Assembly: GCF_006345805.1 (NCBI RefSeq)
Contig: NC_043011.1
Span: forward strand, 46,698,464 to 46,762,463
Direction: 5' to 3'
DNA from: Octopus sinensis
Taxonomy: Eukaryota
DNA: 64,000 nucleotides
Part shown: positions 25,548 through 39,609 of the stretch, in pieces
Layout: each line of letters begins with the position of its first letter
How positions within the stretch are numbered: the stretch's first letter is position 1
Made by a program: the position numbers and the translations under genes
The notes under the pieces: generated by a model
Told to the model about the DNA's origin: nothing
The model's database searches: none
What the model saw: only the letters and a program-made list of their open reading frames with translations

Positions 25548-25584
<37 letters not shown>

Positions 25585-25627
25585 TGTATATGCATATATG
25601 CATAAATTACATTTATGCATATACAAT

Positions 25628-25662
<35 letters not shown>

Positions 25663-26409
25663 CTATACACATGCATACTTACATAGACACATAAACAAGC
25701 AAGCACATACGCACACATATATATATGAATACCCAGTGGTGTAAGATGGTGTTTCAGTGTTCCATACTTAAGATTTATCATACAACCATAAAGTATTTCA
25801 AGCAAAAAAAATCATAATTAATTTTCCCTAATTGCTAATTTTAATGGTTATAGCTACACTTTGATGTTTTTTTTTAAACTTCAGCTACAAGTCCAGAGGT
25901 TCAATTACACAGAGTCTAAAGCTCAGAGGAGAATCTTCGACACAGAGCTACCTACCTCATTTTTCCGTCTTCATTTCAAGTTAATTAAATTGCCTACGTT
26001 AATTGAAAATATATGCGACAAATGTGAGTATTGCAACAAAAAAATTAAACAAGTAAAGGAAACCAAAAAAAAAAAAAATTTAACATTGAGTTAATTAAGC
26101 ATTTGCATACAAATTACCATTTTTGGAAATGGTTTTTCTTCACATCCTTGAACAGCTTATAACATTATCACATGCTTTGTTATGGTTTATTTTTACTAAA
26201 GCAGGAGTTAAGATGTAACTGTGTTGTTAAAGAAGTTTGCTTCACAACCATGCTGTTCTAGGTTTGAAAATAAGGAGAATAAAGCCTCCCTTAACTGAGA
26301 AACAGATAGGAGTTGACAATCTGGGTGTAAAGCAATGCATTAATGATAAACTTGCCTAACTTATGCTAGAAAGGAAAATCACACATTACAACAAAATCAG
26401 TGTATGTAT

Positions 26410-26629
26410 ACTCTTTTACTCTTTTACTTGTTTCAGTCATTTGACTGCGGCCATGCTGGAGCACCGCCTTTAGTCGAGAAAATCGACCCCGAGACTTATT
26501 CTTTGTAAGCCCAGTACTTATTCTATCGGTCTCTTTTGCCGAACTGCTAAGTTATGGGGACGTAAACACACCAGCATCGGTTGTCAAGCAATGCTAGGGG
26601 GACAAACACAGACACACAAACACACACAC

Positions 26630-26667
<38 letters not shown>

Positions 26668-26833
26668 TACGACAGGCTTCTTTCAGTTTCCGTCTACCAA
26701 ATCCACTCACAAGGCATTGGTCGGCCCGGGGCTATAGCAGAAGACACTTACCCAAGATGCCATGCAGTGGGACTGAACCCGGAACCATGTGGTTGGTTAG
26801 CAAGCTACTTACCACACAGCCACTCCTGCGCCT
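26410..26833 (-). mobile_element. SINE-A, full length
   Basis: Reverse complement of both halves. Confidence 0.9.
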
Positions 26834-26959
26834 ATGTATGTCATTATTCAGTTTTATTTCAAGATTTCTTGCCAACAGAGAAAGAACAGGTTTCTAACTT
26901 AGATCCAAAGCTCCTTCATTAGAATTTCAACATCAACAACAGGGCATTTGTTTGTTTAT

Positions 26960-27016
26960 TTGTATGTATGTATGTATGTATGTGTGTATGTGTGTATGTG
27001 TGTATGTATATATATG

Positions 27017-27050
<34 letters not shown>

Positions 27051-27054
27051 TGTA

Positions 27055-27089
<35 letters not shown>

Positions 27090-27144
27090 ATGTATGTATG
27101 TATGTATGTATGTATGTATATATATGTATGTATGTATGTATGTA

Positions 27145-27177
<33 letters not shown>

Positions 27178-27330
27178 ATGTATATGTATCTATGTATGTA
27201 TGTATGTATGTATGTGTGTGTGTGTATGTATGTATGTATATATATATATATATTTATTTATGTATGTATGCGTGTGTGTGTATGTATGTATGTATGTATG
27301 TATGTATGTTGTATGTATGTATGCATGCAT
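26960..27330. repeat. (TATG)n microsatellite
   Basis: Visible. Confidence 0.9.
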
Positions 27331-27579
27331 CTTGATGAGTGCCAAGATTCGGGGTGAGTGGCACTGTCCACGAATAACATACTGGCGTCTTGGTGTGGGT
27401 GGCCCTTCTGCTACGGTCACACTCTCCAGGTTGTACTTGTTGGGAAGCTTTCTCCCTTGATGGGTCACACCGCCCACCTTAATACAATGGCACCCCAGGG
27501 TCCCCTTGCCTTCAAATAATGTGATTATTAAGCTTTTACTTTTATATTATACTACGGAAGATGATAGGGATTTTATAAT

Positions 27580-27878
27580 TCTTGTGCCGGTGGCATGTAA
27601 AAAGCACCATCCATTCGTGGCCGTTGCCAGCCTTGCCGGTGGCACATAAAAAGCACCATTCGTCCGTAGCCGTTTGCCAGCTCCGTCTGGCACCTGTGCG
27701 GGTGGCACATAAAAAGCACCCACTACACTCACGGAGTGGTTGGCGGTAGGAAGGGCATCCAGCCGTAGAAACACTGCCGGATCAGACTGGGCCTGATGCA
27801 GCCTTCTGGCTTCACAGACCCCAGTTGAACTGTCCAACCCATGCTAGCATGGAAAGCGGACGCTAAATGATGATGATG
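27580..27878 (+). mobile_element. RTE-related non-autonomous element with tandem tgccggtggcac..aaaaagcacc units and (GAT)n tail
   Basis: Three internal units, the ggttggcggtaggaagggcatccagccgtagaaa motif typical of RTE-associated elements, and tail ccaacccatgctagcatggaaagcggacg; copies at 31353 and 46150. Confidence 0.7.
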
Positions 27879-28245
27879 TGTGACGTAATAGATTTGTCAC
27901 TGTTTAATTACATATTCAGGAGTAGTTGTAATTAACTTATTGAATTTATTTATCGATACGGTTGTATATAGGGTAAATGTATTTGAAAGTTGTGGTTTTT
28001 CTGGTTTGTTTGTTCCCAAAACAACACTTATTTTAGTACTGTTGACACATTGAATGGTACTGCCCAGGTGTCGAAATCATAATGATATCCATGGGGCAGC
28101 TGATGATGGAGGTATGTTAGATTGCTGGTATAGCTTTTTTTGTATATATGGAATAGTATTATTGAATTGTTGGTATGGCTGTGGAATAACATTATAACAC
28201 ATCCTTTTGATATATATAAGTGCAAGAATGGCTGTGTGCATAGGC

Positions 28246-28652
28246 ACAGACAGGAGTGGCTCTGTGGATAGGTGCAGCACTGGCTGTGTGGTAAGAAGCT
28301 TGCTTCCCAACCACATGGTTCTGTGTTCAGGCCAACTGTGTGGCACCTTGGGTAAGTGTCTTCTACTATAGCCTCAAGCTGACCAAAACCTTGTGAGTGG
28401 GTCTGGTAAACGGAAACCGAAAGAAACCCACCGTATTCACATATATATATATTTGTGTGTCTGTGTTTGTCGCCCCACCATTGTTTGACAACTGATTTGG
28501 TGTGTTTACATCCCAGTAACTTAGTGGAGCAGCAAAAGAGACTGATAGAATAATTACTAGGCTTACAAAGAATAAGTCCTGGGATTGATTTGTTTGACTA
28601 AAGGCAGTGCTCCAGCATGGCTGCAGTCAAAATGACTGAAACAAGTAAAAGA

Positions 28653-28655
<3 letters not shown>
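28246..28655 (+). mobile_element. SINE-A with duplicated 5' head segments
   Basis: tggctgtgtg motif at ~28229, ~28257 and ~28281 before the full body. Confidence 0.85.
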
Positions 28656-28708
<53 letters not shown>

Positions 28709-28711
28709 AAG

Positions 28712-28902
28712 TTAATCCAAACAAGAAAGCACAAAAAAACACAACAACTCAAGGACGTGGAACAAATATTGTATTATTGGATGCTCAGGAAAGAAGGAGG
28801 GTTTAATGTTTTGAGCGGAGCTCTTCGTTGGAAACATAGGAGAAGGAAAGATCCAGAGAAGGGAAGACAGAGGAAAAAAAATTGCCAACGGTACACATGC
28901 GG
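28712..28902 (-). mobile_element. HP5-related pLTR remnant with decayed hammerhead
   Basis: Minus strand gttt-ccaacga-a-gagc(tcc)gctc-aaaa-cat-t-aaac; restoring CpGs gives CCGACGA..GAAACGT. Confidence 0.55.
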
Positions 28903-29278
28903 TATGTATTTGTGTGTATTTGTGTGTGTGTGCGTGCATACACATTAGAAGCAAAATGGCCAAGGCATGATGCAATTGTCAAGCAGCTCTGACAGGTGTG
29001 TAGATAGGAAACTTTATATAAGATTACTTCAGTTAATAACTGTCTGAATAAGGGCTAAACAATTTAGGTGAAAGACACTGGAAGAATTTGTGAAACGTGA
29101 TATCAGGGAGCCAAAACCTCAGGAATGTCACACAGTGTGCACAATAAACGTGATACATACACGTATATAATGCTGGTCATAGCCTGAACTAATTTCTAAT
29201 TAGTTGTTGAGCATTCTCACTAAAAACATGTCTTTAGATGAATTATGGTGTAAGATGTTTCTTGTGAGGTTGACATGT

Positions 29279-29313
<35 letters not shown>

Positions 29314-29322
29314 ATGAATGAA

Positions 29323-29539
29323 TGAGGGGGTGATGAAAAGTTCCTGTCTCTAAGGGTATCGCAAAAGGCCTAGCTGGAGGTTCAACCTTCTGAGTTCTTT
29401 TACAGGGCTTTGAAAAACTGAAGGACTGCTGCAACAAGTATCTGTATCTCGGAGGAGAATATGTTAAATGAAATCGTAATTGACTGGTCTTACTCTATTT
29501 TCTTTTAACCAAAGCCAGGAACTTTGTAGCACATCCTTG
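29323..29539 (+). mobile_element. Mariner-derived MITE (TIRs + transposase C-terminus)
   Basis: TIRs gagggggtgatgaaaagttcctg / ccaggaactttgtagcacatccttg; internal FLQGFEKLKDCCNKYLYLGGEYVK* resembles the mariner C-terminus. Confidence 0.75.
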
Positions 29540-30089
29540 TATGTATGTATGTATGTATGTATGTATGCATGCATGTATGTATGTATGTATGTATGTATGT
29601 ATGTATGTATGTATGTACGTATGTACGTACGTGTACGTACGTATGTATGTACGTACATCCGTACGTATGTATGTACGTACATATGTATGTATTTTGTATG
29701 TATGCATGCATGCATATATGTATGTGTGTGCGTGCATGATTATATGTATTATGGTAAGTACCTAGACCCATGTGAACCTGCCAAAACTTGGTTCTCACTA
29801 TGCCTACACAAATGCATCATATCCTACATGTTTTTCATGGAATACTTTATACAATTTGCCAAAAATCACAAAACTCATATCTACAGTTTATGGACAACCT
29901 CCACTACCAAAATTTACTGAGATATCTTCTATAGTGAGCTCCAAATGACTAGGGTACCCATCACCAAAGCTGTAAAATTTAACTTAAAACTGGCATCTGA
30001 TGTTCCTACCATTGTTGAGTTTTTGTAACACACAAATCTGTAAAGTGAAGTTTCTCAAAGACAAAATCCTACTATTAGTGTTATTCTAC

Positions 30090-30130
<41 letters not shown>

Positions 30131-31352
30131 ATGATATACACATCATTATTTTAAATTTCTTTTAAATTTTATTCAAAGACAGTTTGTCTTGTGGAACCTA
30201 AGAAATTTTTACAAACTCCTTGGGGTTTCTGGGGAAACGTTTTAGCATACCCTGCCCTGAAGGAAGAAAATATTGCCACCCCTTCTGTCAGTATCAGAAT
30301 GGAGCTAGCTGATATCAATCCTGAGTGCATTTATGTGATGGTGGAATATATTTAGCATATTAGTAATAGCATAGATGTGCTATTTTTGACTGGGATAGAT
30401 GCATGAATAATGAATGAATATAAATATAATTTGTTATATTTGCACAGACAGACAGAGACACACACACTCACACACAACAATGTATACATGAACGAGATTG
30501 ATAAAACTTTTGAAAATCACGTTAGCAGTTTTAATGGTTTTAGAGTGAATAATTCCTCTGTCACTCTCGAAGTGAAGCAAACGTATTTAGACGGAATCAT
30601 TAGCTAACAGCAGACAAAGTGTTGTCATGGAAACATGTAAATATATCAAGTGGAACAGAGTATTCTGTTCATATTGCACAGATATTAAATTAATTGCTGC
30701 ACTTTCTCAATGAAATACAGGAAGTAAATTACGAGGAATTTTACTGAATAAAGTCTGCTGAATATTTCTTAACAAATTAATTACTAATGAGGAAAAAAAA
30801 TAATGATTTAACGAGTGTTTGAGGTGAACATCAAAACCTCCAATAGTGGTTTCTATGGAAATATATTTAGATCAAACCTTGCCAGTTAATATTACTGCTG
30901 CTGGTATCATCATCATTGTTGCTGTTGTTGTAGTTGTGGCATAGCTTTTATTATTTAGTGGACCCAGTTAGCATTGTTTCAGCAGACTTATTGTATGGCA
31001 AGGACTTACCTGATCAAAGAACTGCTCTATTGGAATTCTAGTCATCATAACTCTAATACTTATGTGAGACAAGTTGTCCTAATATTTCAAAAATAAACCT
31101 CACTCTATTCTTGTGTTGTCCTAATGTTTAGGCATAAACCATACTGTATCCCTGTGCTGTCCAAATATTTCAGACATAAATCACACAGTACTTCCATGTT
31201 GTCCTAATATTTCAGGCATAAACCACACAGTATCCCTGTGTTATCCTACTTTTTCTACTCAGACTACTACTTTTTCTCTCAGACTACTGTGACAGTACAT
31301 ATACAGAATCCCTATAAAGAACTTAGGAAGTTTCTTTTATGCATAATGTTTA

Positions 31353-31985
31353 CATCATCATCATCATCGTTTAACGTCCACTTTCCATGCTAGCATGGGT
31401 TGGACGATTTGACTGAGGACTGGCGAACCAGATGGCTGCACCAAACTCCAATCTGATCTGGCAGAGTTTCTACAGCTGAATGCCTTTCCTAATGCCAACC
31501 ACTCCGAGAGTGTAGTGGGTGCTTTTATGTGCTACCGGCACGAAGGCCAGTTAGGTGGTACTGGCAATGGCCACACTCAAATGGTGCTTTTTATGTGCTA
31601 CCTGCACAGGAGCCAGTCCAGTGGCACTGGCAATGACCTCGCTCAAATGTTTTTTACACGCGCCACCAGCACAAGTGCCAGAAAGGCAACGCAGGTAACG
31701 ATCATGCTTGAATGGTGTTTTTACATGCCATCGGCATGGAGTCCAGTTTGTTGCTCTGGCAACGATCTCACTCATATGGTACTCTTAGCGCTCCACTAGC
31801 ATGGATGCCAGTCATCGAATTTGATTTCGATTTCGCTTGCCTCAACAGGTATTCGCGAGCAGAGTTTAGTGTCCAATGAAGGAAAAGCATGCATAAGTGG
31901 ACTGGTTACACCCCTGGCATAGGCCACAAGGCTATGGTCTCACTTGCGCTTGCTGAGTCTTCTCAAGCACAGCATATTTCCAGAG
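31353..31985 (-). mobile_element. RTE-related non-autonomous element, longest copy
   Basis: Reverse complement of the 27580 family with about 5 internal ~55-bp units and extra 5' sequence. Confidence 0.75.
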
Positions 31986-31999
31986 GTCTACATATTTTT

Positions 32000-32660
32000 C
32001 AAAGATGATAACGTATAATTTGAGGCTGATATGGTTATTGTTTCTAGCAGGTTGAGTAACAATGCAAAAACTCTCTCATTGGCACACATTGATTTAAGTG
32101 TTGCTGTTGCAGTTATTATTTAGCCCTAGGTCAACAGAGTCCTAATGAAGCAGACCTATGATCAATGGCTTGTTACTACAGTGATAGATTAAGCAACCAC
32201 ACAGAATCTCACTAGATAATGATATAGGCCCAATTTTAAAGACAAAGGTTTTCTTGTTTGTTGGTCTTTTGGCTCTATATGTCTATTATACAGAGCAGAT
32301 CAATCAATCAACAATGAAGCTTCTTTATTGATTTATATAATCACTATATTAAATAATTTATAGGGAGCGTTTTGGCTGCTACATTAGAACAAGCTAGTCA
32401 ATGACATAGAAGAAAAGCCCGTATTGCAGTGTTTAGCCGGTTAATATGTTATTGATGTAATTTAGGTTGTGGTTTGAATTCTACTGTAAGATATTACAGC
32501 CAATAGATATCCTGAAGCCCAGATATTACCATAGCTGTACAGTTGATGTACAGATGAAATGCAATGCTGCTATTGTTGTTAGCTCAAGGTCAGATTTACA
32601 TCAGCAGATCTATGATCAAAGGCTTCGGTCATGACCATCCCTTCTGATTTTTATTTATTT
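32000..32660 (+). repeat. OLD family, several degraded units
   Basis: ttgaggctgatatggttattgtttctagcaggttgag (32020), tttagccctaggtcaa...cagacctatgatcaa (32119), ttggctgctac (32371), ttagctcaaggtcag...tatgatcaaagg...catgaccatccc (32579). Confidence 0.6.
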
Positions 32661-32676
32661 TTTTTTTGTGAAAGAT

Positions 32677-33093
32677 AGGCGCAGGAGTGGCTGTGTGGTA
32701 AGTAGCTTGTTTACCAACCACATGGTTCCGGGTTCAGTCCCACTGCGTGACACCTTGGGCAAGTGTCTTCTATTATAGCCTCGGGCAGACCAAAGCCTTG
32801 TGAGTGGATTTGGTAGACGGAAACTGAAAGAAGCCCGTCGTATATATGTATATATGTATAGACATGTGTGTGTTTGTGTGAGTGTGTTTGTCCCCCTAGC
32901 ATTGCTGGACAACCGATGCTGGTGTGTTTATGTACCCGTTACTTAGCGGTTCGGCAAAAGAGACCGATAGAATAAGTACTGGGCTTACAAAAGAATAAGT
33001 CCCGGGGTCGAGTTCCTCGATTAAAGGTGGTACTCCAGCATGGCTGCAGTCAAATGACTGAAACAAGTAAAAGAGAGAAAAAGAGAGTAAAGA
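32677..33093 (+). mobile_element. SINE-A, full length
   Basis: Both halves intact. Confidence 0.9.
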
Positions 33094-33132
33094 GATAGTT
33101 GACCATTTGCTTGGAACTACGTTAGCTATTGT

Positions 33133-33535
33133 CTTTTACTTGATCCAGTCACTAAGCTGTGACCATGCTGGGAGCTTTGCCTCGAAGAGTCTTTAGTCAA
33201 ATGAATCAGCTCCGGTACATTTTATATTTGTCTAAATCTGGTACTTATACTGTCAATCTCTTTTGCCAAACCACTAAGTTATGGGAATGTAAACAAACCA
33301 ACACTGCTCATCAGGTAGTTATGGGAGACAAGCACAGACACAAAGACACACACACACAGGGATGGATCAATACACACACACAATGGGATTCTTTAAGTTT
33401 CCATTTACCAAATCCACTCACTTGGTCAGCCCAAAGCTGTGGTAAAAGATACTTGCTCAAGGTGTCACACAGTGAGATTGAACCTGGAACCATGTGGTTG
33501 GGAAGCAAACTTCTCATTGCACAGCCATTCCTGTG
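33133..33535 (-). mobile_element. SINE-A, diverged
   Basis: Reverse complement of head and tail motifs. Confidence 0.8.
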
Positions 33536-34284
33536 TCTATCAAGTATTTTTTTAAAAGACAGTAGCTTGCGATCTGAGGCAAATATGTCTACTATTTCTA
33601 GCAATATCAATAACTATGCATAAGCTCCCACATTGGTTCAGTGTAATCTAATTTTGTTGTTGTTATTATTGCTGTACCTACACATCAACTCTGGTGCAGC
33701 AGACCTATAATCACAAGCATTCCAGCCATGACCATTCCATCATTTTAGAGGTTTGTTGGACTACATTACATAACATGTTATCTTCAGTGGTATCATTACC
33801 ATTTTACATCTGCCTTCTAGCAGACATGAATTGGAGAGGCTGTCATGAAGCAGTGAGTCCCTTTGCAGAATCCCTGCTCTCCTACATGAGCTGGAAGACC
33901 ATCTTTCACTCCTATGTTTGATATTGTGGTAAAGTTTTATGGCTGAATGCCCTTCCTGTTACTGACCACTTTATAAAGTGTACTCGACACATTATATCAT
34001 GGCACCAGCACTAGAGATGTTGCCTTGTTCCCTACAAGACTACAGAGGAATCTGGTCTATGTTGTTTCAGTTCAAAGCAAACACAAAAGAGAAGGCGAAT
34101 AAAAGTGAGAGTGATGACCAAATAGATGTATAGGAGAGCAAGAGAGAGAAAGAGAGAAAAGGAAAGTAATAGAAGACAAAGAGAGTGAGTGTGGTTGGGT
34201 ATAAGCTGGTTATTGATAAGGAGATTGAATTAAAACAGAAACACGCTATGAGAGGCATGACAGAATAGCAGTTAAGATAAAGAA

Positions 34285-34575
34285 ATACTTAAGGTGTGAT
34301 TTCAGAGAGATTTGGCTGTCATTTCTGGCAGGTTGAATAATCATGTAGACATTCCCTCTGATGTAGTTTTGGGTGGTATTTACAATGATGGTGCCCAAAA
34401 TTAGACACTCCAACCACGGCCAACCAGTTTTTTTTTTATTAGGTACAATATGTTTTAAACTACATTTTCTAGTGCTTCCTTTTCTTTTTAAGACAGTTTA
34501 GTTGTGATTTGAGGGAAATTTGGCTCATATTTTTAACAGATTAAATGACAACATAGGAAATCCTTTCATTGATTC
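34285..34575 (+). repeat. OLD family, two tandem 3' modules
   Basis: gtgtgatttcagagagatttggctgtcatttctggcaggttgaa (34294) and gtgatttgagggaaatttggctcatattttt (34504). Confidence 0.6.
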
Positions 34576-35411
34576 ACCATTTACTTTGACAGCAGTTGTG
34601 TATATATTTATATAAAAGGTGGCCATTCTAAAAGGTTATGTGGATAGATGAGAGAAAGTGTAGGGGGAAATTGCTCAAACACTTCATCTACTACTGAATT
34701 TTTAATTAAAAGTTTGATGGCATGGGAAGAAATGGATATGATGGGTTATAATGATGGCATGCATTAATAACAATCGCAATAACAAGAGCAGCATCAACCT
34801 GTTAAATTTTCTACCTTCACAAAAGTGCCAGATGGGATTATAGAATGCATGTGAAAAGATCAAACCCAACAGGTAATATGGAATTACTGAAATATTAAGT
34901 TAGGTTTTGGCCTTGAAGTACAAATGCAAACCTTACACAAAAACTGTCAATGGATGGATGTATGAGTATGTATGTACATGTATACACACACTCATAAATA
35001 CAAGCTCACGCATGCACATCTATGTATGAACATGTGTACATGCATATATATGTGTGTGTATGTATATGATGTATGTGTGTGTGTATGTGTGTGTATGTGT
35101 GTATGCACCAATAGTTGTGTGGCGAAGTTCTCGCCATAATTTGAGATGAGAAGAACAAACTCTCTGAATGGAAGTCACAAACTGATAATTAAATATGGAA
35201 ATGCTTTAACTTTGGGAAAAGTTCTGTCTTTGAGGCATTGACATTTATTCTTCATTCCATTACAGTAAAATGCTTTCTTCTACATCATGACAGCCAATAC
35301 AATACCCTTCACTGCTCTGTACAGTAACTGCCCCACTATTATTTTAACAATCATTTTTAAGGTATTAAGATGATACAACATACAGTACAATAATACCAGT
35401 GTTCTCATATC

Positions 35412-35565
35412 AACAATGACAACAACAGCAACAGCAGCAACAACAGCAGCGGTGGCGGCACACCAGCAGCAGTAACAAGCAAGATCAACAACAACAGCAA
35501 CAACAGCAACAGTAGCAGCAATAACTACTACTACTACTACTACTACTATCACTACTACCACCACC

Positions 35566-35619
<54 letters not shown>

Positions 35620-35730
35620 ACTACTACTACTGCTGCTGCTGCTGCCTCTGCTACTATAAGAGTAACAACAATAACAACTACCACTACTACCACTACTACT
35701 GCTGCTGCTTCTACAAGTGTAGCAACAATA

Positions 35731-35825
<95 letters not shown>

Positions 35826-35909
35826 CTCTGCTGCTATAAGAGTAACAACAATAACAACTACCACTACTACCACTACTACTGCTGCTGCTGCTACAAGTGT
35901 AGCAACAAT

Positions 35910-35945
<36 letters not shown>

Positions 35946-35972
35946 ACTACTACTACTACTACTACAACTACA

Positions 35973-36006
<34 letters not shown>

Positions 36007-36092
36007 ACTGCTGTTGTTGCTGTTTTTACCACTGCCTCCATTGCTGCTGTCGCTGCCACCCTCCCCATTACTACTACTGCCACCCTCCCCAT

Positions 36093-36130
<38 letters not shown>

Positions 36131-36150
36131 TTGTAGCAGCAACAGCAGAA
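35412..36150. repeat. Compound (ACA/GCA/ACT/GCT)n array with ~180-bp higher-order duplication
   Basis: Unit gctgcctctgct..tataagagtaacaacaataac...caagtgtagcaacaat at 35641 and 35821. Confidence 0.9.
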
Positions 36151-36554
36151 TAACACACAAAAAAGAAGAGAAATTGTAAGACCATTTGAAATATATCATC
36201 GATATGTAAAGAGTATCCAAGGAATCGGTTTACTGTTTAAACATGTTTTATACTAAAACAAACAGGAAAGATATATGTGGGTCGTATGGAATATTTATGT
36301 GGCTTACAGGCTATATTTATTTTTCTATTTAGCAACACCTTTTTACATCATAATATATCAGCAGAATGGTTTTACAGCATCAATGTCATTCCTCCCACTT
36401 AACACTGCACATTGGAAACCGAAGGAGGAGACCATGTTGTCAGTCAGGTAGACTGAGATAAAGTTCAAAAGTGGAGTCGGTTTCTCATGAAGAAGAGGGA
36501 GAAATATCTGTTTTTGGCACATCTTACTTTTTACGGGTATTGAATATATAAAAA

Positions 36555-36785
36555 GAGGCGAGCTGGCAGAAACGTTAGCGCGATGGGCGAAATGCTTAGC
36601 GGTATTTTGTCTACCGTTACGTTCTGAGTTCAAATTCCACCGAGGTCGACTTTGCCTTTCATCCTTTCGGGGTCCATTAAATAAGTACCAGTTATGCACT
36701 GGAGTCGATATAATCGACTTAATTTGTGTGTCTGTCCTTGTTTGTCCTCTCTGTGTTTAGCCCCTTGTGGGTAGTAAAGAAACAG
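36555..36785 (+). mobile_element. SINE-B, full length (tail type 1)
   Basis: gaggcgagctggcagaaacgttagc...gagttcaaattccaccgagg...ttagccccttgtgggtagtaaagaaa. Confidence 0.9.
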
Positions 36786-36810
36786 GTATTGAATTTATAA
36801 ACCAAGTAGA

Positions 36811-37203
36811 TGTAGGGGTGGCTATGTGGTAAGAAGTTTGCTTCTCAAACACATGGTTCTAGGTTCAGTCCTCCTGTGTGACACCTTTGGCAGGTGTCTT
36901 CTACTATAGCAGGTGTCTTCTGCTATGGCCTCAGGCTGATCAAAGCCTTGTAAGAGGATTTGGTTGACGGAAACTGAAAGAAGACCATCATACATATGCA
37001 TGTGTGTGTTTGTCTCCACAATACTGCTTGAAGACCAGTGTTGATGTGTTTATGTCCCTATAACTTAGTGGTGTGGCAAAAGCCACAGATAGATTAAGTG
37101 CTAGGCTTCAAAACAAAATAAGTCCTAGTTCAACTAAAACACTTCAAGGCTGGGCCCCAGCATGGCCACAGTCTAATGATTGAAACAAGTAAAAGATGAA
37201 AGA
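36811..37203 (+). mobile_element. SINE-A, diverged
   Basis: Head and tail motifs. Confidence 0.85.
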
Positions 37204-38989
37204 CAGTAACACACACAGAAAGTGTGGAGTGGGAATAAGCAAATAGAGAATATTAAGGTGATATTAAAAGACATTGTGTGTCTGGCTAGAGAAGCACAAA
37301 GCTTGGCAATTTGCTTAAAAAGGAGCCAAGTTCAAATATGTCATCAAAAACACACCAATTCTGTAACATCCAGACCAGGTTTATTTATTCATTTTTTTTA
37401 AAAATCCAAAGCCTTAGCTAGAGGAGAAAGGACAGCATTCATCATACTTTGCAGGGCTTAACAAGTGAAGAGAGAGAAAGAAGTAAGTTATTATCAAAGC
37501 AGAGATTTGGTCAAAATGTTTACAACAAATATTATTGAATGATATTAAAGGCACTCAAGAGCCAAGCAGTGGCAATCAACTGGATGATGGATTAAGTCAA
37601 TCACTGAAAAACAAGAATATTCCACCTATGACAGGCTTACAGAGACACATACAAAGCTCAATACCAGCTTAAAATTGTTATAACTTAAGGAAATATTTAT
37701 CTATGTTGCCATCACTAGATTTGAACTTGTATATATTTCAGAAGAAACAGATTGTTTAACTGATGCTGTTTACTTAGGTGCTTATGGCTTAGTGTCAAAT
37801 TATCAAATACTGAGAAAAGACCAAGATGTTTTGATTGAAGAGGACTTTGATTGAACGACCAGACAATTTTCATTTACTGGAAACCAAATCGGTCAATAGA
37901 TGTTTATTGTATTAGGTAGAGTGTCATTTGTTTTTACACAATTTTTATTTGTTGATATATTTTGTTATTGACTGTCTAAAGTCTAAATGCACAATTACCG
38001 AGAGGACATCTGAAAACTAAAAGCAATAAATTAAGGGCTGTAGTTCTGGTATACAGCATTCTGTGACTCAGAGTTTCATGAATCTGTCCTCAGATAATCT
38101 TCAGACTGGCTGGCTGGTTAGTTGAACTGATAATTCTTGTAGCTTGTGTTTATCAGCATAGTTCATGTTCATCCCTTTGTTGACTCACATTTTTTTTAGT
38201 CTATAGGACAATGACCTTTATATTTAATCTTGTTTAAGAACCCTGCTGGGAATGGAATGATAGAATTTGTTCTTATGATGACATATAAACATTAATTCTG
38301 ATCTCCTGTTTAAGGATTTAAGGAATCGTTAATTTTAGTAAAGATGAAGAACTCTTTGTAGTTAGAGATTCCACAAAAATTTCACAAGTGTACTTCTTGG
38401 TAAAATATAATATAGACCAGTCAATTTAGAACCTTGTGAGTGCTCTTTCTCTTACTCTGTCAGTCTGCTTGTCTATCTGTCTATCTCTCTCTCGCTCTCT
38501 CTACACACACAAACATATACATACACACACATTATGTGTACATAAATATGTTCATATACATATATGTATATATATATGTACATGCACACACACACACACA
38601 CATATATATATGTATATGAGATCCAGATATGTATATGGATCAATAATAACATATGTATACATTTGTGTACATTTTACATAATATATACATGATATATAGA
38701 TATATAATAATATATAAAATATCTATATCTATATATACACAAACACACACACATAAAATATATACATAATACATATATCAATAACATAAACATGGAAAAC
38801 ACTTGGTAGCACTCAAATGACTTGGGCTTACACTCCAAAATCTTTACTGAGGACTAAGTCTGTGGAATAAAGAGTGGCTAAAAAGAGGAATCCATGTGAG
38901 CAGATATGGAGATAATGATGCAAATAAATAAATAAGCTTGGGCTAAATATATAAAATATACATACATATATATATGTAAATAGAGAGAG

Positions 38990-39230
38990 AGACAAAGATT
39001 GGAAATATCCAGACAATAAGCATTCATGTTTAAATATACAGATATTAATATACACAGATACAAGGACACAAACAACTAAGGGGTGAAGGAATGGTATTAC
39101 AGGCCCGACAGCTGTTTCTGGAGGCTCGAGATTACTTAATAATGTTGGCAGATGTAGTTCACAAAATATCAGGTTGGTGTTCAGAAGGGTAGTCATCTGT
39201 AGAGACCACGCCAAAACAAACAACAGAGTT
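38990..39230 (-). mobile_element. pLTR-like remnant with hammerhead 3' half
   Basis: Minus strand GAAA-cagctg-UC-ggg (palindromic stem III) at ~39102-39119; matching 5' core not found. Confidence 0.35.
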
Positions 39231-39558
39231 GGACATAGTTCTCTAGCTTGTCAGCTCCTCTCAAACTATCCAATCCTCACCAGCATGAAAATGGATGTTA
39301 AATGATGATGATGTATATACATACATACATGTGTGTGTATGTGTGTGTGTGTGTTATATTGCATAAGATATAAAGTATTTATATCTTATATATATATGTA
39401 TACATTTATGTACATTTTACATAATATATATATGATATATAGATATATAATAATATTTATTAATATCTATATCTATATATATACACACATAAAATATATA
39501 GATAATACATATATCATAAACATAAATATATTTTACTATACTAAATATATATGTATAT

Positions 39559-39609
<51 letters not shown>

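Noticed and set aside
27580-27730. CRISPR-like repeat-spacer appearance (also 31520-31790)
   Set aside because: Repeats are degenerate, spacers are related to each other, the array is inside a dispersed retroelement, and no cas genes are present in this eukaryotic context.
35280-36185. 301-aa ORF (poly-V/A/S)
   Set aside because: Translation of a trinucleotide microsatellite; no domain or splice context.
36370-36450. Possible internal exon (ttttacag...gtagac)
   Set aside because: Weak donor and no recognisable peptide in any frame.
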